A model generated the notes under the pieces. It ran no database searches and was not told where the DNA came from. It saw only the letters and a list, made by a program, of their open reading frames with translations. Of a stretch of DNA of 64,000 bases, positions 26,286-36,826 are shown in pieces; positions within the stretch are counted from its first letter, which is position 1, and the number at the start of each line of letters is the position of its first letter. Source of the stretch: Dicyema japonicum (Eukaryota; Animalia; Dicyemida); contig RDEW01000018.1 of the NCBI GenBank assembly GCA_011109175.1, forward strand, positions 913,962 through 977,961. The letters run 5' to 3'. The translations under genes were made by a program, and so were the position numbers.

Positions 26286-26361
26286 TGGTCCCCGACCGGA
26301 TTCGAACCGGCAACATAGTGACTTTGAAACCACTGCTCTAAACATTGGAGCTACGAGGACC
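26286..26361 (-). tRNA. Atypical tRNA-like gene, type 1, copy 7
   Basis: Same 76-nt sequence. Confidence 0.7.
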
Positions 26362-28398
26362 ATTTCTATTGTTCTATTTTCCTATTAGCCTCTGCATCTC
26401 AATATCCTTGGTATGATCTCCCTTTTTCCAATCCTGGATCCCCAATTAACGAAACAGTAGTACAATAATCATGCAACGAAATGTACAATCAATAAAACTT
26501 TATTCGAGTTGCATGCATCGTTGTGATTATAGTGGTCGAAATACAAGACTCACTATCGAACAAAAAATGCAAATATTGCGTTATAATGCCGACAACAACA
26601 TATTATAATGCAAAGAATTGCTGATAAATTTTCTTTTTTAAAACTGAAAATTTGCAGAAAGACTGTTAACTTATCTTAATATGTCGCGAGTCAAATTTGA
26701 AACAATTCAAAACTAAAAACTCTTCAACAAAAACGTCAAAAATTAAAAAGTTTCCGCAACTGATGAAAAGCTTGTCAAGTGAATGGATTTGATAGATTCA
26801 AAAGGTTTACTTAATGTTTTTAAATTTTAAAGTGCATTATTGCCATGTAAAACAGAATTCTTTGTTAAGCTCTTTCTCTAGACTATTTCAAAAAATCATG
26901 GATCATAATCCATATTTAAGAAAATGGATTAATTTTAGATTAGGAAATTACACGGACAAATGTGTACACAATAATGTCGACATTGAAAGGTTTTTCAAAA
27001 ATTTAAAGAGGTTTCAAAATCATATACCTGCATCAGATTTATTACCTGGATAAAACTGGGCTTTTTACAAGCTTTTTCCATCAAGAAGTAGTATTCGCAA
27101 GACTCCATTTGGAGGATAAAAGAAATTCAAAGATAGAGTATCTGTGAAGTCATTCACAAATATTTGTGGAAATCATAAAATAATGGCGTTTATTCATTGG
27201 AAAATCAAAATGTAAGATGTTTCAAAAATATGATCATCGGTATTCTGTTTCGTCTTATAATGCCAAAGATCGTCTACTTTATTTTACGACGTATTATTCT
27301 TTAGTCTAGTCTCATACCAGGCACAGAGACATCGATTCTGAGTTTCAAAAGTCAATAGCTTTGTTAGATGAAAAGGCCTAATAATATTAACACCAGAGAC
27401 TACGGTTAATCAAACTAACTATTCACGTTATATCAGCACGCACTAGCATAGATCTCATCTTGGCCCGATGCTCTTTCCTCGACCCTAAACAACCACGTGT
27501 TGGTCGATTGACATAAGGCAGCTTATATCAGATGCAGCAAGGGATGGTATTCTATCAAATTAGAGCAAAAGTAAAAGTCTTTAATTATCATTTAATAATC
27601 ATGAAAATTAGCAGTCAATATTAAATTAATAATATTCCCAAATTTTAAGCCACATCACCCTTTAATATCAGGTCGATCACCTTTAGGCTTTTTATGCGTT
27701 TTTTACGATTTGAATTTATTTTGGGTTCTGCTGAATTCTTATCAAAGTAAAGGAAGGAAACTAGTTTAAAACATTCGGTTAATTTTCCGTTGTAGATCTC
27801 CTACCATAGTAAGTAGGAAAACCTCAGGAACTTCCAAACATTTCGATACCTGTTCTAGCTCACTAGTTACACGGTATTGAGTTTCACTTTTTTTAGGAAT
27901 CTTTAATATCTCAATATTCAGAGTGTTAAAATTATCTACGTAATTCTCTACCCTATCAGTCATACTACTATTACCCCATCCGCCATACTACTTATTTGTT
28001 ATTCCAGTGCTTCCAGCTCTGTCTGTCTCCATGCATTCATGGCTAAGATCTGCTCCCTCCATTTACGTGGAGGTCTGTTCTAGTACGTCAACTCAACGTA
28101 GGTGATCTGTTTTGGATACATCACATTGGAGATGTGACCAGATGATTTTACTGGCTAGTTTTGCCGGACTGACTATGCCACTGCCTAGCTTCGCCAAGTA
28201 TAGCCAGCTATTCAAGAGCATCCAGGATAGCATGCTACTTGGGTATAGTTATATATTGTGCTAAAGATAGCTCTTGCCCAAATCGAGATCGATTTAATGG
28301 GAGTGGTACCAGTATAAACGAATAAGATGTTCGAGTAAGCGAAGACTATAAGTAGAAAGTTTTTTCTATTTTTTGAAAAAATTTAAACATCAAAAAAA

Positions 28399-28474
28399 TG
28401 GTCCCCGACCGGATTCGAACCGGCAACATAGTGACTTTGAAACCACTGCTCTAAACATTGGAGCTACGAGGACC
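28399..28474 (-). tRNA. Atypical tRNA-like gene, type 1, copy 8
   Basis: Same 76-nt sequence. Confidence 0.7.
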
Positions 28475-29966
28475 ATTTCTATTGTTCTATATTCCTATTA
28501 GCCTCTGCATCTCAATATCCTTGGTATGATCTCCCTTTTTCCAATCCTGGATCCCCAATTAACGAAACAGTAGTACAATAATCATGCAACGAAATGTACA
28601 ATCAATAAAACTTTATTCGAGTTGCATGCATCGTTGTGATTGTAGTGGTCGAAATACAAGACTCACTATCGAAAAAAAATGCAAATATTGCGTTATAATG
28701 ACGACAACAACATATTATAATGCCAAAGAATTGCTGATAAATTTTCATTTTTCTAAAGTGAACATTTGCCGAAAACAGTTAACCTTATCTTAATATATCG
28801 CGAGTCAATTTTAAAACAATTCAAATCTAAAAACTTTTCAACAAAAACAGTCAAAAAGTAAAAGTTTCCCCAACTTGATAAAAAGCTTGTTGAGTGGATG
28901 GATTTGATGGAATCAAAAAGCTTTCTTAAAGTTTTTTTAATTTTAAAGTGCATTAGTGCTATGTAAGGCAGAATATCCATTAAGATAAAATTCTTCGCTA
29001 AGAAACGATCTCTTGACTATTTCAAAAACTCTTATGGAGTTGTATAAAAATTTAAAATAAGAAATTAAACGGGCAACATAATAGTACGTCATACCACTGC
29101 TAACAAATAAAAAAACGAATATTAGCAAAAAATTTTTTTCAGAATCCGTGAATCATATTAATATATGAAAGATCGTGAGAATAAAAATATAGATCACAGT
29201 CACAACAAAACTTATAAACCACACAGATATACAAACCTGTGTAGGCACTCGACAAAGTAAGAAATATCAAATAATTAGAAGCCTTCTTCACATGCATCCA
29301 CATAGACAAAAATGAGTTTTTGTGAGACAAAAAAATTTACATGTTGATCAAAGCCTATTCCTTTGCCTCCTGACAAATTCGCACAGTTCCAAATCGATTC
29401 ACGGTAAAAATCCCACTGCTTCTAGAAAGCCGTTGACCTCATTAGCCACCAATTTAGTCATTATTGCCACAACGCTCTCGGATATGCCAGGAATAGTAAT
29501 ATTAGATCTGGTAACGTAAGTGAACCTTCTATTTATCCATTCACATAAATAACAAAATTTAAAATATTTTATAAATAATAATTAGGAAATAATTATTATA
29601 AAAAAATTACTTGGAGCCTTTAAATTTAGATTTTTAAACGTCGACAAAAAAGTTTTAAACAATTCTTTGAAAAACACTTTAAAGTATATTTTAAATTTTA
29701 TAATACTCCATAATGCATATTTGGATGATCTTGGAATGCTGATTATAATTTACTCAATTGAAATAATTTTATTTTACTTTTGAATCAAATTCTATATTAT
29801 TTTAATCTGATTTGTGTATTGAGGTTAATCAACGTGATATTTACATTGTGATTTTTTAAGATTTAAGTTAAGGTATATAAGAAATTATACACTTTAAGAC
29901 TGACTCAAAAAACATTAGTCTATTTTATATATTATAATATATATAGTTTTTGCCAGAAGGAAAATG

Positions 29967-30226
29967 GATGTTCTTGAAGTGCTACCAGCATTTACAAATA
30001 AGATGCTCGAGAAAGCGAAGACTATAAATAGAAAGTTTTTTTTTATTTCTTTAAAAAACTTTATACATTAAAAATACAATTAATAGTCCTCAATCTGATT
30101 TGAACCGGACAATTATAGCGTTAACCACTGCTCTAATCATTGTAGGTAGGAGGACCATTTCTTTTGTTCAATAAGTCTTTGATTATCATTTAATATCACA
30201 AAATAGCAGTTAATAAATTAATAATA
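29967..30226 (-). pseudogene. Degenerate ~260 bp derivative of the module: tRNA-like relic (30084-30156) fused to the pogo 3' flank
   Basis: GATGTTCTTGAAGTGCTACCAG..GCGAAGACTATA left flank, then a decayed GGTCCTC..TTAGAGCAGTGGT..GGTTCAAATC..TGAGGACT, then AAGTCTTT.ATTATCATTTAAT matching 11545-11600. Confidence 0.7.
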
Positions 30227-30271
30227 ATCACATATCTTAAGTGAAAATTTTAGAGAGAAAAAATGACGTAC

Positions 30272-31420
30272 CTCTTAGTGGATTTATTCGAAACAATTAG
30301 CTTGTTGCAGTTGAATCCTCGATGCTGGAAGCCAATAAGGAGAGATTATATTTACCCCGTGATAAATTTGGCCTTTGACTGTGTGGATTAGTCAAACTAA
30401 GTGAGCATATCCTTATGCGATTTTACTACACCCTGATAGCTGGGAGAAGTGTTTCTGCTAGGAAGCACGCCATAATAACGACGAGAAAACACGGGCAACC
30501 CACCTAGCCAATATCAGATTTTTTTTATGCTAATTATGGTGTTGATGGTGGTGGGCTAGTAAATTTGAAGGCGTTGGTCGAATTACAATATAATAGTTTG
30601 ATGGAAAAAATCAATTTAAAAAGCCTTCATAAGGTCATCTTCATACCATCGGACAACCCACATGATGACTTTAAGTCGTCGACAACATGGTTAAAATACG
30701 TGACAGCTCACCTAGATCGGAGGTGTTGTACACGTATGTGCAATACATGCCCCCATGGTAAATTAAGGAGCATGTCGGTTGATCATTTAGCCACTTGGTG
30801 TATTCTCTGCACGTCTATGTGTGGAGGAATAACTTGGTAGTAATGAGTCATCATCTTTTACTATGCATTAGGTATGGTATTCGCCATACCAGACAGTTGC
30901 GGACTCATAAGATGGAATCTGTAGCAGAGAACAGCAGGGTCCAAATTAAAGTGGCAGTATTATCGAACCTATAATATAAAATAAACCAGATCATCGAGCA
31001 TTCTTTACTTCTCTTTAGCATAGGGTTAGGTGGAGGCTTAACTTGTATCATAGTAGATAAGGAGTCTGGCCAAGTCCTTATCATAGAGGTAGGCATCACG
31101 TCTCAAGACCGTTTGCAGACTGTGGAGGTGGAGAAAAAAATAAGTATGACTTTCTTGTAAACGAGATCGGGCAGATGTTTGGTTGCAAAGGTCCTCGTTA
31201 TTCCTATAGTAATGACATGGGAAGGAATGCAACAAAGTACCACAAGGGTTATCTGAAGCAGTTGGAGGTAGATAGGAAGCTCCAGGAGTATCCACAGTCT
31301 ACTGTGGTAAAGGGACCCTAGAGAGCCTGACACTGGAGTATAAGAGGCAGAGCCCTGAGATGCCATATGGGCAGATGGTTCAATTGGACAAGGCGCTCTC
31401 GGAGTTGTTTCAGTAACCAG
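30272..31420 (+). mobile_element. 3' fragment of an RLE-type (R2/R4-like) retrotransposon
   Basis: KERLYLPR, SSTTWLKY, C..C....SVDHLAT (zinc knuckle) and IIEVGITSQDRLQTVEVEKK.KY (PD-(D/E)XK nuclease). Copies at about 37826-38980 and 45095-46242. Confidence 0.85.
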
Positions 31421-31479
31421 AATCGAACCTGCCTGAAGAGGCTGGGGAACAGGCAGTCGAGGAAGGTTGTTGATTATTA
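31421..31479 (+). repeat. 59-bp direct repeat bounding each RTE copy (partners 34521-34579; 38981-39039/41758-41816; 46243-46301/49333-49390)
   Basis: AATCGAACCTGCCTGAAGAGGCTGGGGAACAGGCAGTCGAGGAA(G/A)GTTGTTGATTATTA occurs at both ends, with 1 mismatch in copy 1. Confidence 0.92.
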
Positions 31480-34400
31480 TTTATTTAAGCACTTCACGAG
31501 AGCCTTATTAATTATAGCCCCGCATGTGCAGCAAAAGAAACAAGGTTAGATGTCATCCTTTTCCATGCTCTCCTGTTCATAGCCAAGGCTCTCATGCTGT
31601 CCAGGTCGTCGGCATTTTTAGATTTTTTTGATCTTGACCAGGTCTTTTTGTAAGACTATTGGCAGTGTTGTTCTTGGTCTTCCACGATAGCGGCCTTCTT
31701 GACTAACATAGTATGTTTCCATAGATATGTTCGGTGGGGATGTTAATTCCATCCTCAGCACGTGTACGAAGAGCCTCCATCGGGATTCCAGTACTTCTAA
31801 GCTGATAGGTATAGTGCTGCATCTCTTATATAAAGCGTTCCTCGATATTCTCGTAGGCCAAGTAGTTCCTGTTATTTTTCTCAGCTGACCTCTGTGGAAC
31901 GAGTCTAGTTTTTCCATATCCGCTGATGAGGTCGCCCAAGTTCCAGCGTTATATAAAAGTACGGGTTTTATGAATGAGTCGTATAATAGGATTCTCATTT
32001 TCGTGTCGATGCCTTTTTGATTGAGCCATAAATTCTTCAGTTTATATAACGCAGCATTGGCTAGAGTTTTCCTACGTAAAATATCTTCGCTATCTCCCAA
32101 AAGTGAACCGAGTTTCTTTACTTGTCGCCACTTCTCTTCTAGGACGTTACTCATCCTTCTTATCTCTGTGAGTTCTGTTTTCTCTGTTCACAGTAAGAAA
32201 CCATTTCCCTAGTACATCTGGTGCTTTTTCTAATAGGTTTTCCAGGACCTCTTTGTCTTCAGAAATTAGGTCTACATCGTCCGCGTAGATTACTTCTTCC
32301 GTCTTTCCTTGGTATGACGGTCTAAGTTCCCTCATAGCGGCTTCCAAATAAATTGTGAATAGTAGAGGAGAAAGAGAGTCTCCTTGTGGAGTGCCCGTAT
32401 TTGTTTCAAATTTTCTTGAATAGGTTTTTCCGACTCTCACAAGGAGCTCAGTGTTAGAAAGTAGAATTCGGATCATCCTTAGACTCGATTCATCAAGAAA
32501 TCCGCTCAGTACCCCCATTAATTTGTTCCTGTTAACCGTATCAAAAGCTCTTGATAGGTCAATTCCCAGAATATTGGTGGCGTTACGGTATCTTTGATAT
32601 GTTGCACACCTCCATCTGTGACTCCAGACCGCATCAGCTGTGGATCTCCCTTCTCGAAAACCACTTTGACTATCTGGTAGGTATTTGTAAGCAGATCCTT
32701 TTATTCGTTCAAGCACAATGTTTGCCAAGACTTTGCGTAATGAATTTAGTAGTATGATGGGTCGCAAATTTTCGAGCGGTCCTCTGTTTTTGTTGTTTTT
32801 TGTATGGGGATTAGTAGTCCCGTACCCAGAGGTAGAGTTGAGTTAGTTGAAAACATTTCATTTAGTAGTGTAGCGATTTTTTCAAAAAGGAGGTCAGGGC
32901 CGTATTTCAGTAGTTCTGGGTTTATCGCATCTGGTCCGGGGCTTCTGTTATTCTTGAGTTTTCGGCAGGCCGTTTTGATTTCCTCGGCCGTGATTGGTAT
33001 CTTAAGGGGTCTTGGCCTTCCATCAAATGGGTGGATTTCTATGGTTTTGATGTTGAAAAGCTTCTCAAAGTGAGCCGCGATGGCTTCAGTTTGTTCTTTG
33101 GTGTTCAGTATCAGCTTACCGTTCTCGTCTTTTATGGTTAGTCGACTTCGGTTTGTTCGCCGCAGCAAACGGGCAGCGACGTACACCTGTGCGTTGTCTT
33201 TCACTTTGTTTACTTCTTCTATACAGGAGCTATTTCTTCTATGAAAAGCTTCTTGTTCAGACCCTTTATTTTTCTTCTGACACGTTGTCTTTCGCCTTGA
33301 AGGGCTTTTATCGCATTAGTGTCAGTGGCATTTGATTTTCTCATATTTATTTCTTTTAGACTTTTCGCAAGCTCAGGAACATCTGGATGAATAGCCTTCA
33401 GGTGCATTTTACTATTCTCCCTTTTGCCAAGACATGCTTCAGCAGCTTCGTTGATGGTGTCCTTTGTGCGTTTCCAGGCGTCTTCTAGCGTGGTATCCAC
33501 CAATACGTCCTGCAAATTAGTCTGAATGTATTGTTGATATCTCTCAGTAGTCTCCGGTTGAGAAATCAGCCTTTCAGTCGCGTAGTCGCCTCTGATTTTC
33601 TCAAATTCGTGATTTTTTGCATTCTGTATTTAATGGCATGTTTTTTCAGGGTGAAGGTCGCAATAACCATCTTGTGGTCGCTGACAGTCGTCGAGCCTTC
33701 ATATGAACGTGCGTTTACTAGAAGGTGTTTGTCTTTAGCCCGGCATATGACATAATCGATTTGGTTGTATATTGGGACCAGCTTTCCTTCTGAGTTCCTT
33801 CGCTTCCCCATCCACGTAGTTTTGTGGCAGGCAGGATGCGTAAATGCAGTATTGCATAGGAAAAGGTTGTTTGCCATACAAAAGTGACCAAGTATTGTCC
33901 CGGGTAAATTTCTTATTCCACGTCCATGTTCTCCCAAGAAAACATCATCCGGGTTATTCTTCATCCCGACTTTTGCATTCAAATCCCAGCAATGAGTATT
34001 AGTGATGACGACTCATATTCGTTGTACGTCCGTAACAGTGCTGAATAGAAGTCGTCTAGTTCTGTCGGATCTTTCGCTACTCTCCCGCAGTGTGGCGCAT
34101 AAACATTTACAATTGTCAGAAAGCTCTTCGAAGGTGGTAAGTCGTTTAGCCGGATTTGTATAACACAGATCCTGTCATTCACACTCCATATACGGTGGAC
34201 TGCACTTGTCAACTTTGAGTGGATGGCAAATCCAAGTCCATAATGTTTTGAGTCGCTTGGCTGACATATAATTCGATATTCGCCAAAGTTTTCATCAAGG
34301 CTACAAGTAACTTTCGTCTCTTGTAGGCACCCAATAGATACGTCGTATCTCTCCAGGTCATCACAGAGAATCTTCCTCGACCATGTCGTAGATAAGCCTC

Positions 34401-34520
34401 TAGCATTGAACGTAAGGACTTTTAGACGAGATGCATCGCTTTTGTATCCATTGCCTTTTAGACATTTTTCTCAATTGCGATCCAATCAAGAAACGAAGCA
34501 CGTCACCACCTCACCAAAAA
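31480..34520 (-). mobile_element. RTE-clade LINE, copy 1 (single APE-RT ORF of ~980 aa, ATG at 34465, frameshifted)
   Basis: APE motifs TFNARGL, CLQET, NVYAP, G.DLNAKVG, QIDYV and SDH. RT motifs SPGPDAI.PELLK, LRPIILL, QSGFREGRS, IDLSRAFD, GTPQGDSLSPLLF and YADD. The ORF ends with NRRAWK. Confidence 0.92.
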
Positions 34521-35303
34521 AATCGAACCTGCCTGAAGAGGCTGGGGAACAGGCAGTCGAGGAAAGTTGTTGATTATTAAATATATTAACTTTTTTATTG
34601 TTTGTTAAATAAAGTGGGATCTATATTTTTGGTTCTGCTGAAATCTTATCCAAGTCAAGGAAGGCAAACTCGTTTTAAAACACTGTGTTGATTTTACGTA
34701 GTAGATCCCCTACCATAGTCAGCAGGAAAACCTCAGGAATTTCCACACCCTTCGATACCTGTACTGACTCACTTGGCACGATTGAGTTTCAGTTTTTCCT
34801 TAGGAATCTTAATTTCTCAACATTCAGATTATAAAATTATCCACATAATCCTCTACCCTATCTGCCATATTACTTTTACCCCATCTGCCATAATAGTTAT
34901 TTGTTCCTTCAGTGATTCCAGCTCCGTCTGTTTCCAATCAATCTTGGCAAAGATCTGCTCTTTCCATTTATGTGGTGGTCTGTGCTACTACGTTAACTCA
35001 ACATAGGTGATCTGTTCTGAATACATCACATGGGAGATGTGACCCAGTGACCTTACTTGCTTGTATAGCAGGACTGAATCTGCCACTGCAGAGCTCCGCC
35101 AAGTATAGGCCAGCCATTCAAGAGCATCCAGGATAGAATGCTACTTTGGTATAGTTATATATTATACTAAAGATAGCTTTTGTTCAAAGCGAGATCGATG
35201 TTCTGGAAGTGGTACAAGTATAAACGAATAGATGTTCAAGAATACAAAAACTATAAGTAGAAAGTTTTTTCTATTTCTTTGAAAAATTTAAACATTAAAA
35301 AAA

Positions 35304-35380
35304 TGGCCCTCGACCGGATTCGAACCGGCAACATAATAGTACCTCATACCACTGCTCTAAACATTGGAGCTACGAGGACC
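35304..35380 (-). tRNA. Atypical tRNA-like gene, type 2 (7-nt loop ATGAGGT, anticodon position GAG)
   Basis: Same D and T arms as type 1, acceptor GGTCCTCG/CGAGGGCC, anticodon stem GTGGT/ACTAT; 77 nt. Confidence 0.65.
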
Positions 35381-35531
35381 ATTTATATAATTCTATATTC
35401 CTATTAGCTTCTGCATATCAATATCCTTTGTATGATCTCCCTTTTTCCAATCCTGGATCCTCAATTAACGAAACAGTAGTACAATAATCATGCCACGAAA
35501 TGTACATTCAATAAAACTTTATTCGAGTTGC

Positions 35532-36290
35532 ATGCCTCGTTGTGATTGTAGTGGTCGATATACAAGACTCACTATCGAACAAAAAATTCAAATATTCCGT
35601 TATAAGGAAGATAACAACATATTATAATGCCAAAGAATTGCCATAAATTTTCCTTTTTTTAAACATAAAATTTGCAGAAAGACAGTTAACTTATCTTACT
35701 GTTTCGCGAGTCAATTTTGAAACAATTCAAAACTAAAAACTCTTTTAACAAAAACAGTCAAAAAGTTAAAGTTTCTGCACCATGATGAAAAGCTTGTTGA
35801 GTGAATGGATTTGATAGATTCAAAAGGTATTCTTAATGTTTTTAAATTTTAAAGTGTATTGTTGTACGATGTAAGGCAGAATCTCCAGTAAAAACAGAAT
35901 TCTTCGCTAAGAAATTTTTCTCGACTATTCAAAAACTCTTGAGGATTTTTATCCAAATTTATGAAAAGGGATTAACATCGGATGAGGAAATTACATGGAG
36001 AAATGTGCACACACAAAAAGTGTCGACATTGAAGGGTTTTTCAAAGAATTTCAAGAGGTTTTAAAATCATATACCTGGTGTCAGATTTATAACCTGGATT
36101 AAACTGAGAATTTTACAAGTTTATTCTATCCAGAATATCTCCCAACTCCATTCAAAAGATAATAAAATTCAAAGATAGAGTATCTGTGATGTTATTCTCA
36201 AATATGTTTGGAAATCATAAATTAAAGCCCTTTATTAATTGGAAAATCAAAAATGCCTAGTGTTTCAAATAATATTATAATCGGTAGTCT
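35532..36290 (+). mobile_element. 3'-truncated decayed pogo/Tigger transposase (copies at about 42771-43530 and 50364-51125)
   Basis: MPRCD.SGR..RLTIEQK, DEKLVEWI, KLHG.MC, QIYNLD and KFKDRVSVML. Confidence 0.78.
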
Positions 36291-36631
36291 GCTTCTGGAA
36301 ACTAGGGGACCTAGCGATCCTCTAAAATGACCACTGTAGATTTGAACATTGACATTACCAATCTCCAAAAGTTTTATGTTAAAAATACGAAAGGTAAGCT
36401 CTTTGGAAAAGGGGGAGCCCATTAAAATTAGGTGTTCCTCATCAGCAATTTTTATTCGAACAAAAGTGTTTTAAGAGAACCGTCCTTTGTGTGTATGATA
36501 TTCAAATTAATCGGATTTTAAAAGCAATATAGTTAAAATTTTAATCTATATTTTAAACCAACTCAAAATATTAAGAAAAATCAAACTACTATTATTTCAA
36601 ACGGGCAACGAGTAAATTAACATTACCCAAT

Positions 36632-36826
36632 TTAAACATTGGAATATTTTCCATCTGTTTTATTATATTTCTTTGACGTTTTTTTATAAAAAAACAAAGT
36701 AACTCCAATAATCGTAAGTACTACAGCAGTGATGGCAACTCCCATAATTTTATAATTTTGTGAAAGACTATTAGTAGTCTCTCTTGTAGCTTCTTCACTT
36801 ACAAAACACCCATAATCTAAAATCAC
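36632..36826 (-). pseudogene. C-terminal fragment of a single-pass membrane protein gene (copies near 43920-44110 and 51480-51700)
   Basis: Hydrophobic IMGVAITAVVLTIIGVTLFF, followed by basic YKKTSKK and a YSNV stop. No open upstream frame. Confidence 0.4.

Larger units (their letters stand above)
10010..29068. repeat. Higher-order tandem repeat: ~5.34 kb unit x ~3.5, each unit made of two diverged submonomers (~2.11 kb and ~3.23 kb)
   Basis: tRNA-like anchors at 10250/15602/20946/26286 (periods 5352, 5344, 5340) and 12369/17706/23054/28399 (periods 5337, 5348, 5345). The ORF-track peptides recur with the same period. Confidence 0.96.

Noticed and set aside
10010-29068. CRISPR array or genuine small protein genes in the repeats
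   Set aside because: The repeats are kilobases apart with no unique spacers. The short ORFs are pieces or antisense frames of decayed pogo and RLE sequence.
34500-34580. HDV-like ribozyme at the RTE 5' end
   Set aside because: The only P1-like helix encloses 14 nt, too few for P2, P3 and L3.
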